DNA of 64,000 bases from Phoronis australis (lineage: Eukaryota > Animalia > Phoronida): assembly GCA_002633005.1 (NCBI GenBank), contig NMRA01000642.1:1-64000 (forward strand), in the 5' to 3' direction. The notes beneath the pieces are model-generated. The model did not search any database, was not told the origin of the DNA, and saw nothing but the letters and a program-made list of their open reading frames with translations. Positions 53,301-63,392 of the stretch are shown piece after piece; the first letter of the stretch is position 1, and each line of letters begins with the position of its first letter. The position numbers and the translations under genes were made by a program.

Positions 53301-55011
53301 CCAAGGTGAGTATATGTGAGGCTTACAAAATCCTTTTCTCAATGGACAGCAGTTTTCAAAATAAACAGTACAGTTTTCGACCGAACTAGACAGACTTGTT
53401 TGTAAGTTAAGTCAAGCTTTTGTCAGTTTAAATTAGCGTTTTTTGCAACTTTTGAAGAAGTTTAATGTGACGTCACGTTACTGCTCCCAGAAGCTAGCTA
53501 TTCTTTTATGTGACGAACATGCGCAGTAAGTTGCCGTAATTTCGTGAACCTGGATGGAGATGTACCGGGAAATATATTGATACACCGCGACTTCGTACCC
53601 CGAAACTTTATCGTATTTCGAAACTGTCTAATTTGCTTTGAAAACTTCAACACTATGATCAGTCGTAATTTCTAGGGGTTGACACACGCATCACTGTGGT
53701 CATGACTTGAACCGATATTCACTTAATTTGACCTTTTCTATGTTAAAATGAATCAACAGAATTGTTTAAAATCTTGTTTCGTTTTAGTACGAGCCACGCC
53801 CAGTTACGTGCGCTGACACTTGTTGTCCTTACTTAACAATTTCAGCAGAATTTAAAAGCAGCAAAATATTTTTGTCAGCACCTCCTATAAACAATCAGCA
53901 CACCACATTTAGGGCTAAATGGAACGGCTGCCCTTTGAAGGCATACCCACATTTTGTCAAGTTGCACAATGTTCGATTGAATATCTGAAGCCTTTTAACA
54001 CGGTCAAGAACTGGCAGGATTGAATTGAAAACGCACCGGTTCTCATTTGATGTCAAATTAAGTCCTTTCAGAGTCGTATCAGTGATTCAGTGACAACATT
54101 ATGGCGTTCTTTATCTCAAATAAACCCTATACGTTGTTCTCTGTGTAAAACTGAGATGCCTTTCGGACGAAGAAGCTTAATTCACAACAGGTTTTGCAGT
54201 GGTAAGGTGTATGAATTTATTTAAAGGGCTAAACAGCACCTATGCTTGTATTTCAGTTTGGTGAAGATCGCGTGTTTGACATGCTCAAGCACGCCATTGG
54301 GGACTATTCCGACTTCCTGGAAACATGCGCAGAAGATGTTGTTGTCATGGGGCACATTGAAACCATGGCGCTGAAAGAAATGCCTGGTCGCCATGGCAAA
54401 CTCATATATGCCAACGGAGGGGCGTGGCACGACGGTGCTGATAAGGTAAATGTGTGATAAGCATGTCGGTCACTTGTCAATCATTTGTCAATCTTTTGCC
54501 CAAACCACATCTAATTATTAACTAAAGCGTGTCAAATTTTGTAAGGATATACCTCCGAAATTATATGCCTGTGTTTTTCGAATTTGAGGTCTTCGTGTTA
54601 GCGATGGAGTTCACATCGACCTTGATCACGTACATTTTATCCTATCATTAGATGCATGTAGGCACCATACTGAATGCTGACATGTATCGAAAACTATGGA
54701 CAACTCTTCTCGACTTTGAAACTGCTTCAGATGACGAAAATCTTGCTTGATCGCTTAAAAGACAACATCCGTGGTTAGAATTTCCAAACTTAGCCGCGAA
54801 GTTAATGAGGATGATCTGTTCCGTTGATTTCAGTAATTCAGGTCTGAGGTCATGTGCACAACTCTTTACTGTTTTCCAAATCTAAAACCGTTTTGTAACT
54901 TTCCAGACGTCTTACATAAAGATCACACCGCCCCACCACGGGAAAAACAGTGAACACGGAAGGGTCGAGTTAAACTACGCGTCTCAACTCAGACAGACGT
55001 TTATTTCATAA
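23335..55011 (+). CDS. Multidomain enzyme: cholesterol-oxidase-like GMC oxidoreductase + alpha/beta hydrolase + calcineurin-like (LpxH-type) metallophosphoesterase, ~27 exons, ~1,680 aa
   Basis: Phase-consistent GT-AG exons: 23335-23605, (gap)25874-26386, 26875-27035, 27235-27386, 28434-28636, 29434-29595, 29765-29945, 30657-30827, 31255-31482, 31804-32016, 33847-34033, 34523-34638, 34946-35083, 35899-36014, 36763-36891, 37696-37810 (these four recur at 42028-42165, 42990-43105, 43853-43981, 44744-44858), 45420-45594, 46117-46303, 47517-47736, 48108-48330, 48883-49136, 50663-50875, 51505-51600, 52164-52349, 53190-53305, 54257-54445, 54907-55011 (TAA). The start is uncertain (alternative micro-exon 23199-23213 spliced to 23356), and the start of exon 2 lies in an N-gap. 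Confidence 0.8.
24689..24875 (+). pseudogene. Degenerate THAP zinc-finger remnant (transposon-derived) in intron 1 of the large gene
   Basis: M.LCCCV...RFSLLP....LRKWL..V, then HLRVCGL in a shifted frame, follows the THAP C-P-W-RVC pattern. Not intact. Confidence 0.4.
25207..25873. other. Assembly gap hiding the 5' end of a GMC exon (other gaps: 2333-2720, 17069-17458, 18596-18744; single Ns at 16324, 38262, 44222, 57565)
   Basis: Runs of N in the sequence. Confidence 1.
27860..28262 (-). mobile_element. Decayed Ty3/Gypsy pol C-terminal (post-integrase-core) fragment
   Basis: Minus-strand translation IQPGSTVLVKQRQLNKPMT...YDPKPYEV*...NRNSSHCKKV...RTRPGRAIISPVWLNDLV, with two in-frame stops. 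Confidence 0.6.
30925..31175 (+). mobile_element. Probable tRNA-derived SINE
   Basis: A box TGGCCTAGTCGG (30934) and B box GTTCGAGTCC (30979) at tRNA-like spacing, followed by a non-tRNA body. The 3' end is approximate. Confidence 0.45.
32375..32550. mobile_element. ~175-bp MITE, second copy at 47901-48076
   Basis: Both copies share ggattttgagt...ttaactgacca.tcagaac...cattcttgacacacctt.gtttccaagcc.ccatttt and end CTTGCRATAGGTCAAT. Confidence 0.65.
34657..38261 (+). repeat. First copy of a ~3.6-kb near-identical direct duplication (second copy 41731-45331) containing four coding exons
   Basis: Colinear with 41731-45331 with scattered SNPs and indels; ends exactly at the single N at 38262. 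Confidence 0.95.
35337..35591. repeat. Two-unit ~125-bp tandem repeat in an intron (also in the duplicate at ~42428-42682)
   Basis: The unit ccgataaccatgcgacgtgc...ggtcaattggcaaaataaca...tacattggtgtagaa starts at 35337 and again at 35462. Confidence 0.85.
38263..41730. mobile_element. Insertion sequence between the duplicated copies, probably a DNA-transposon remnant
   Basis: Absent from the corresponding site in copy 1 (34657). Contains a THAP-tail-like stretch GKRKRLKPAA*PSVL at 38835-38880 behind an AG acceptor. Its left end is cut by the contig join. Confidence 0.45.
41731..45331 (+). repeat. Second copy of the ~3.6-kb duplication; continues into the rest of the large gene
   Basis: Same four exons with only three differences, all synonymous (GTG/GTT, CCT/CCA, TTA/TTG). 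Confidence 0.95.
47901..48076. mobile_element. ~175-bp MITE (copy of 32375-32550)
   Basis: TIR-like ends TTGACCTATCGCTAG / CTTGCAATAGGTCAA. Confidence 0.7.
48883..55011 (+). other. Calcineurin-like metallophosphoesterase module (LpxH / UDP-2,3-diacylglucosamine hydrolase-like motif pattern)
   Basis: The ordered metal-binding motifs ISDIHIG, VLLGDIIE, ILGNHDH, FEHGHDWD, VVMGHIE and YANGGAW are spread over exons 48883-54445. Confidence 0.82.
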
Positions 55012-55487
55012 GTTTGCACACGTACATGTACGTGCGTGATTTTCTTTTCATCACAAATGTGCCCATTTTATTATACATACTCAGATTGAGAGCTTCGGTT
55101 TCAATAGACAGTTTTCAGTTTGTCAATGGCGTAATGTTCGTGTATGGAATACACATGAAGTTATAAGATATGATTGTATGGAAAAGGTGCGTTATGATAC
55201 ATGTTTTTAATGTTACACGTATCTTTGATTACCTGTCAGGAATTGAATCGCAATGTCTCAGTCATACATGTGTCTTTCCACCCCTCCGACGATCTTTAAC
55301 CCCACTCAGCTCTTTTGTTCCTTTCACATTTGCTAACAGTGAGTTCTGTCCTTACATTACTGCCTCTGGGCATGCGTGAAGGCTCTTCTCTTTCTTTTAA
55401 ACGTTTTAATTGTCTTCTGAAGAATTACTTTCGTTGTGAACCACCAGTGTAACAAACCTTATATAAGCATGTCGGGTGCAAGATCAG

Positions 55488-55736
55488 GTGCCCGTTCCAT
55501 GGAAACTGACTTAACTAAGACAAATCTTAAGTTTCAACCAATTTTAACGTATTAAAATTTAAATCTTCTCGAGTCCGTTTCAAGAAAGAGATTTTAAGTT
55601 TGGCTTACGTTTTTCATTGAGTTATAAATTTAGTTTTGACTAACTAAGCGGATGTGGAAATTTTAAAGTTTGGAAGTTGAGATCAACCGTAGACTTTAGT
55701 CAAAATGAACTCAAGCCAGTTTCTTGGAACGGGCCC
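55488..55736. mobile_element. Harbinger-like MITE (~250 bp)
   Basis: TIRs GTGCCCGTTCCATGGAAACTG / CAGTTTCTTGGAACGGGCCC, flanked by CAG and CTG. Confidence 0.6.
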
Positions 55737-55998
55737 CTGGTTTCTCTTGAAATGTTTAAAGAATAATGTGCAAGTAGCTTCGATACACTAAACACCGGAT
55801 TGGATGTACATGTACTAAACTTTGTTATAAACAAGTTTCTGTTTGCTTATACTCGCGCACACCTGCTGGTAGTTTGTGGAAAGTTAGCTGGCAGGCTGCT
55901 CCGTTGTCTTCTGGCTGCGTACAGTGTAGATGAAGATATGGCCACAGGATCATGGCCTCATCAAGTTCTGTGAAACATCGTGGAGGGCTAGGCCTCTG

Positions 55999-56824
55999 GG
56001 GGTAGTTTCATGAAACGTTTTCTGTCTTAACGTAGACCGAAATTGCACTGTTATAAGACCAAACTGTTTCGTGGAGTTTCTTAAGACCAATGTTAAGATT
56101 GAAATAGGTCTTAAGCTCAGGCAAGCTGGCCTGCTACGGAGCTGAACAATGGCTTTTGGTTTAAATGAGATGACCAGGCTTTAGGACTTCTATCATTGTT
56201 CACTATTGAGGAATAAATACCGTTGATATTTTTCATAATCTTTTATCCCTAAGTATGGCTAATTAAAGATCTTCAGCTCTGGATTCGAGAACTGTCAATG
56301 GGTGTACATGAAGAGACAATTTTATCCCAAATGTATAGCAGCGGATGTAAGGGAGGGCCAAGGGGGTAATGGCCCCCTAAAATTCTCCCATATTCCATTT
56401 GGCACTTCAGGGTTGCAATCGAATGACGGGCAAAATCCTGGCTAATACTCTGCCCTGGCCCCCCTAACTCAAAATCCTGGATCCGGCCCTGAGTGTATAA
56501 ATCTCCATTTAGAGTTTCAAAACCAAGAATATTCTTGAGACCGCATGTAACACACCACTTCGTTTTTCTAGTTTTGTGAATTCACGGCAGGTCGCAAAAA
56601 CGTAGTTTGTACTCTCACCTATGTCAAAGCCTACTTTTAACTAAGACAATAATCAAAATTACTGTCTAAGTTAAGACCGAAGACCAAAATCCGACTTCGT
56701 TTTCATGAAGCGGTATATTCCGAATTCTCGTCTTGGGCAGAAATTAAGAAGGATTTTGACATTTTGGTTTTAACCTAGAGTTTCTTGATCTTATTTCTCA
56801 ACTAAGTTTTCATGAAACGAGTCC
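55999..56824. mobile_element. Harbinger-like MITE (~825 bp) with a nested GC-rich mini-element; target of the LINE insertion in the second copy
   Basis: Ends GGGGTAGTTTCATGAAAC / TTTCATGAAACGAGTCC, flanked by CTG on both sides. Confidence 0.6.
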
Positions 56825-57888
56825 CTGTGTATAACACGTCTTGGTTATTTAGAAAAGTGTGTGGCCTTCAGTCGTTTGTGGAAATAAATAAATTCGACAC
56901 AATACATCTTCTTGTCTTGTTTATCTACACTAGGACTGCATGAAGTGGGCAATTCTCTTTCAAAATTGTAGTCGCACCGCCTATGCGGTCTTCCAACTTT
57001 GCCCGTGTGTTATGGCTTTGGTTACTTTACCTCCTTTATACAGTAGTTATCTAATGTCTATAATTGGGTATGTTAATAATCAATTAGTAACCGTCAACAA
57101 TATTGACATAAAATGGACATTAATCAGCCTGCGAGTTGTTAAAGGGACTGTCTCGCAATTTTTTCAACTTGTAAGAGTTACATATATAAATTATTCCAGA
57201 AATAAATCATCTTGCATTGAACTGAAATAGAGTTTTGTGAACAAACACATCGTTTTTGGGTTTTGGATTGTCTTCGTTGCGTTATTAAAATTTCAAGGTG
57301 TGCCTAACTCGCAATATATTCAAACCTCTACACTTTAGTAAAAGAAAGTGGAAAACGGTTTACCCATCCACCATTTTAATAAATCACTAACATGACATTG
57401 AACTTTTGAAAACATTGGCCACAAGACAACATGCGAGATTAGATGTGAAAACGAGGAACAACCTCTCTTGCCATTCAACCACTCCCCGTGTCACTCACAA
57501 GGGGCGGATCCAGGATTTTGACTTGGGGGGGGGGGCAAGGCACAGGAATAACCAGAATTTCGCCNAGAATTCGAGAACATAGCCTGCAAAAATATCAGCC
57601 CTAAAGCCTAACCATGGAAGCGAACACATTTATTCAAGGCATGAAATCTGCACTCCAGGACTCGGATATAAAGGGACTGTTCATAGAAATGTTTGAACAT
57701 ACTCTCAATGAGGCCTGTCTTCACCTAACCGAGGGGTTCAAAGATATGCTACAGAAACAACAGGACGAAACTGACAGTCTGAATAGAAAGGTGAGCGAAC
57801 TGGAGGAGCGTTTAGATGACAGCGAGCAATATCCCAAACGAAACTGCCTGATAATACACGGTGTAGAGGAAAATAAGGGGGAGAACAC

Positions 57889-58147
57889 TGTTGTGAATGT
57901 TGGTTTGTGTGGTCTCGTCTTTCGTGTTGTCATGTGTGTTCGTGTTCGTCCGAGGGTTTCCGTCAGTGGCCGGATGTTGTAAGTTCTAGTTTTGTCACGT
58001 GACTGGGGAATCGAGAGCTCTCTCTTCGTGTGGCTCTGCTGCACGCAGGACGTCTGCGCTGGTCGTCATCTCAAGCGTGTATTCAAGCTTTCATACATGT
58101 ATGAGTAGAGGTAAGCTGCACGAGATCCTGTGTATCAAGTCACAACA
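57889..58147 (+). mobile_element. Single LTR (259 bp) of a probable Ty3/Gypsy retrotransposon
   Basis: Begins TGTTGTGA and ends TCACAACA (perfect 8-bp terminal inverted repeat). It is followed after 2 nt by TGG (PBS start). The whole insert is flanked by a 4-bp duplication ACAC (57885-57888 and 58230-58233). Confidence 0.85.
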
Positions 58148-58149
58148 TT

Positions 58150-58229
58150 TGGCGTAGTTGGCAGGATACGAACCTGCGCGGGGAAACCCCAATGGATTTC
58201 CAATCCATTGCCTTAACCGCTCGGCCACA
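58150..58229 (-). pseudogene. Reverse-transcribed copy of mature tRNA-Ser (apparent anticodon GGA, probably from IGA) with 3' CCA, lacking the first ~5 nt
   Basis: The minus strand reads TGTGGCCGAGCGGTTAAGGCAATGGATTGGAAATCCATTGGGGTTTCCCCGCGCAGGTTCGTATCCTGCCAACTACGCCA. This shows a D-arm, anticodon stem ATGGA/TCCAT, the long variable arm GGGGTTTCCCC typical of Ser, a T-arm and a CCA end. Confidence 0.9.
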
Positions 58230-59384
58230 ACACTGATGAGCTAGTCTTAAACATAGCCAAGAAGTTGGAAGTTGACCGCACCCACAGGCTGGGTGCTTTT
58301 AACAGAGATGCCAGGGGTAAACCTAGGCCTATCATCGCTAAGTTTACTAGTTATCGTAAGCGAACAGAATTTCTGAAGAAAAGATCGACACTTGCGGTTA
58401 AACAGATGGATCAAGGGCGTGCCTCGGTGCGAAAAATATATATCAACGAAAATCTCACAAAGAGGAAAGCTGCTATTTTTGCAGAGTGTCGCAGATTAGT
58501 GAAACAGGGACACATCAAGTCGGCATACGTGAGAGATGGGAAGATCTTCATCAAGAAGATGAATGATTTTCATCAAGAAATGATGCGAATGGAACAAGTA
58601 AACGAGTTTGTGGAAGGACTTTGGAAGAGTCGGCGCCAGACGCCCACGCCTGAACGGGTGTTGAACTGTGAGTAAAAGGACGGCATATAGTTACTTAATA
58701 TACATGTAGCTAGTTGTGCGGAACTGAGTTAATATTTTAAGCGGCGTTTAAATGTTTTGCATTAAATGCTTTTGCGTAGACTGATATCAGTGTTATCTCG
58801 TGATATGATACTAGTACTTTTACATGTATTTCATGTTAATCTGGTGTTTCAGTTTCTCTTTTCAGCTATCTGCGTATTTAATTGCTTTTTTAAGTTTTAG
58901 TTCCTATTTGAATCTTTTCCTAGGCTAGTTATCTCTTGTAATTACGAGCTTTAAACTTTTTTTTTCTTTGTGCCAATGCTGAACATCTGGTAGTAACTAA
59001 ATCATGGTTGTAACCAATGGCTTGTGCTCTAATGCAGTGTTTTCATTCGGAGCGCTTCAATTGTTCTTCCTTTGAATTTCCATTCCATGGGGTATACCTT
59101 TATAACTACAGTAACTAGTCAAATACCCAGGGCTTTAGCATGCATAGGATGACTGTCGATGCGGGCTGCCTTCTCAGATTCAGGGCTCCTGCTGTCTGCG
59201 GTATATGTTGTGGGTGCTGCTACAGCTCACTCATTTAGTGATTGGTTTCCTTCTTTGTCTTGATAGCTGTTTGTCCATTGTGTGTCTTCTCTTATACAAG
59301 TTTTTATGTTCAAGGCTGTGCAAATATTCACTGGTAGCATGTGCAGAAAATTTAATTAATCCAATTGAATACGTTAAATGTTTA

Positions 59385-62300
59385 ATGTCACTGAGAGCAG
59401 TACTTGAATTTAGTCGTAGTCCACGAATTAAATTTCAACAAGAAAGGAAATTAAAATACTTTTTTTAAACTGTCAGGGACTTGGAGATTCCGAGAAAAGA
59501 CTTGATGTTCTAAAGTACCTTAAAGATAAGTCACACAATATTTATTGTCTTCAAGATACACATTTTGTGAAGGCTTTGGAGGATCAAGTCCAATTACAGT
59601 GGGGATTTTCCTGCTATTTCAGTTCATTCAAGAGCAATGCAAGAGGAGTTGCAATAATGCTGAGTAATAATTTTGAACATCAAATACACGCTTGGAGAAG
59701 CGACAAAAGTGGGAATTATATATTACTTGATATAACAATGGAGGGAGAGAGAACTACGCTTGTAAACTTGTATGGACCAAACGAGGATAAACCTGACTTT
59801 TTTCGAACCTTTTTAATGAAATTGAAGAGTTGGGTAATGAAAAAATTATTACATGTGGGGATTTCAATCTTGCTTTAGACCAGTATAAAGACACGCGATA
59901 CTATAAGCAACGCAATAATACAAATGCCAGTGAGAAATTAAAAGAACAAATGCAAATGTGGGACCTCGTAGATCCATTTCGGGAATTCCACCAGAATTTA
60001 AACCGTTATACATGGAGACGCAAAAACCCTATAAAGCAGGCGAGACTGGACTTTTTCTTACTTTCAAAAAATTTACTTCACTGTGTGTGTAAAATTAACA
60101 TAATAAACAATTACAGATCCGATCATTCAGGTGTCCTACTGAGTGTTAAATTAAAAGCAATTTTAAGAAGGAAAGGCCTTTGGAAATTTAACAATTCTTT
60201 GTTGGATGACTTGGAATATACTAAAAAGATTAAAGAAAAAATTACTGGGGTAAAACGTCAGTATGCTGTTCCAGTTTACAATTATCAAATGATCGATACA
60301 ATTTCTAACAGTGAAGTTCAATTCGTAATTAATGACCAGTTGTTCTTAGACGTTCTGTTTATGGAAATCCGCAACTACACCACTATAGACTACTCAATAA
60401 GAAAGAAGAAAAAACACATCAATTATGAACGTGTTTTAGAAGAAGCCATTAACAGGCTGGAAAGCAAAGACAACATGACTGAAGGTGATCTAACAACTTT
60501 AGAAGAAAAAAGACCAATTTACAAGAATTAAGAAGAAACACTTTGAAGGGCTATGTTGTCCGATCAAGAGCAAACTGGATTGAAAGTGGAGAACGCCCGA
60601 CCAAATATTTTTGCAACTTAGAATCAAGGAATTTTTTTAGTAAACTTATATATGCTATAGAAACAGAAGAAGGATAAACTATTACGGATCAAAAGGAAAT
60701 TTTATGCGAGAAATTTATAAAAATTATATTCTTCGAGGTCTGAGAGCGAAGAAATGTTGAATAATGTACTTAGACATTGTCGGTTCCCGGTACTTTCGGA
60801 GTTGGAGGGAATCCAACTAGAAAATGAAATTAATATTGATGAATTATTTGAGGTATTAAACAATACAAAAAATGAGAAAAGTCCAGGCTCTGATGGCTTT
60901 ACGATGGAATTTTTGAAGTTCTTTTAGGAAGACATAAAACATTTTGTATTGCGGCACATTAAATGTAGTTTTGAAAAGGGACAAATGTCCACAACTCAAC
61001 GGACTGGGATTATTACATGTATTCCAAAACCAGACAAGCCGAAACAGTTTCTGAAAAACTGGCGACCAATAACTTTACTGAATAGTGTATACAAACTGGC
61101 TTCGGGATGCGTTGCAAACAGAATTAAAAAAGTCCTAGATAAACTGATTTCAAATACCCCAACTGGATTTATTAAAGGAAGATTCATGGCTGAGAACACA
61201 AGACTAATTTATGATATTATGAGGTATACAGACAAATACAACATTCCAGGACTACTTGTGTTGGTAGATTTTGAGAAGGCTTTTGATAGTGTTTCCTGGG
61301 ACTTTATATTCAAAGTCCTGAATAATTTCAATTTCAAAGCCAATATCATTCGATATATAAGAACTTTTTATAATAAACCAATTGCCCGTGTCATACAAAA
61401 TGGATTTCTGTCAGACAACTTCATACTAGAACGCGGATGTCGACAAGGTGATCTTCTCTCTGTGTACTGAAATTTTGTCCATATTGATTAAACATGATCC
61501 TGACGTGAAAGGTATTAAAATCGGCGACGAAGACTTCGTTATAACACAATACGCAGATGACAATTTTCACGTTAGACGGAACTCCAAGATCCCTGGCAGC
61601 ACTTATGAATAACCTAGAGTTCTATGCAGGGATGTCGGGGCTGAAGATAAACTATTCTAAGATATAATTAGTGTGGATTGGAAGTAGAAAATTCTCTCAA
61701 GAAGTGTTTCACCGCACGCGTTGAAAACTAAAATGGGGTGACGTTGATTTTAAGCTTCTGGGTATTAATTTCAACGTGAACTTGGATACCATGTCCAAAG
61801 ATAACTTCGATGCAAAAATAATGGAAATGAAGAGTCTGGTTAATATATGGTCTCGTAGAAAGCTGACTATCTTTGGGAAGGTCACAGTATTAAAAACACT
61901 TGTGCTTCCAAAAATTTTACATCTGCTAATGCTGCTACCAAGTCCCAATGATACTACTTTTAGAGATATTGAAACTTTGTTTTTTTAATTCATTTGGGAC
62001 GGAAAACCTGATAAAATAAAAAGAGGAGTACTCATTAAATCCATAGAAGAGGGTGGATTGATGATGGTTGATGTCAAAAAATTTAATATGTCTTTAAAAA
62101 TTTCATAGATTAGAAGATTCTTTTTAACAACATCCCCATGGACTTATTTGTTGCAAAAAGATATCGGGCTTACTAAAGATGGAATGTTGAACTATGGAGA
62201 CTATAGATTAACTAGATCGGATAATTGTAACTCTTTTTGGGCAGAATGCTTCCAGTATTGGAGCCTTTTAATTCACAAACAAACTATTTCAGGTCACGAA

Positions 62301-63206
62301 GATGCGGTGTCAATTAATGTGTGGGCCAACAGTTGTATAACGGTGGAATACAGCCCTTGTATTTATGAGTCATTCGTTGAAAAAGCTATAATATTTGTGA
62401 ACGATTTTTTAGACTGGAATGATAACTTCTACATCTTTGAAAGTTTCCAGACGATTCATCAGATTAATGTCAGCTTTCTCAAATATTATTCAATTGTCAG
62501 TGCAATAAAAAATATCTGAAAACGTTTTCCAAAAACTTAATACTAAAAAAGTTATGTGGACCACTTGTACCTTTTTCCCTAAAAAATATTATTTTGACGA
62601 AAAAGGGGTGTCGGGATTCTTACCGTATTCTGTGCAAAAATGACATAATACCATCGGCTCAAAAGAAATTCGAAGTATTGGGATTTTCCCTATCACAGAT
62701 GTGGAACTTCTATTACAAACTTCCACATGAATGTACGAATAACACAAACTTAATTTTCTTTCAGTTCCGCTTACTGCATAGAATTTTTCCTATTAACTAC
62801 TTTTTAAATAAGATTAGATACGTGGACTCAAATGCTTGTACTTTTTGTAAATGCTTTCACGAAACTCTAGAACACTTATTCTTTGAATGTGAATATGTTA
62901 CATGTAATTCTTTCTGGCACGGGGTACGTCTCTAGTTAACGACTGCAATACAAGTAAATTTTGAAATAGACAAAACCACCATAATATTTGGTCTTCAAAA
63001 TGAAAAGAATAGAATTTTGAATTGGTTTCTTTTACAAACTGAAATTTTCATTTTTAAAAGAAATTTGCTAACGTCAAACCTAATTTAAGATGTCTTAAAC
63101 TTTTTTGAATGAGTGCTTTAATGTAGAAGTTAGTGCTTCGTTAAACACACGGAAATTTAATGATACAAGACAATGGGAAGACTGGAAATGTGTTTTTGAA
63201 ACATGA
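59385..63206 (+). pseudogene. LINE ORF2 (APE endonuclease - reverse transcriptase - C-terminal Cys/His zinc motif) with frameshifts and stops
   Basis: Endonuclease motifs NCQGL, CLQDTH, NLYGPN, CGDFN, ARLDFFL and SDH. RT motifs KSPGSDG, NWRPITLLN, DFEKAFDSV, RGCRQGD and QYADD (61547-61561). C-terminal CTFCKCFHETLEHLFFEC. Confidence 0.92.
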
Positions 63207-63392
63207 GGGGACCCAGAGAGTTGACCAGATGCCAGAACAGAAACTTAAGTAGTACTTTTTAACTTCGAAGTAACGATGAAATGCTTTCTCGTTAATTTTA
63301 TGCACAGCTCTGTACGTTGTTGTGTTGTGTTGTGCTGTGTGTATATTTGTATATGTATTTGTCTTTTGTAATAAATGTATTAATTGTGAAAA

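Larger units (their letters stand above)
57614..58675 (+). pseudogene. LINE ORF1 (coiled-coil + RRM + CTD type), interrupted by the insertion at 57889-58229
   Basis: LEERLDDSEQYPKRNCLIIHGVEENKGEN rejoins T-DELVLNIAKKLEVDRTHRLG...PRPIIAKFTSY...IYINENLTK in frame once the insert and one ACAC copy are removed. Confidence 0.88.

Noticed and set aside
8213-55011. Schlafen gene and fusion enzyme as one functional cluster or defence system
   Set aside because: Co-orientation and adjacency are the only link; no shared regulation or conserved synteny can be shown from this window.
58150-58231. Functional tRNA-Ser(GGA) gene
   Set aside because: It lacks the 5' acceptor strand, encodes CCA, has T at invariant A58 and is fused to an LTR end; it is a cDNA copy.
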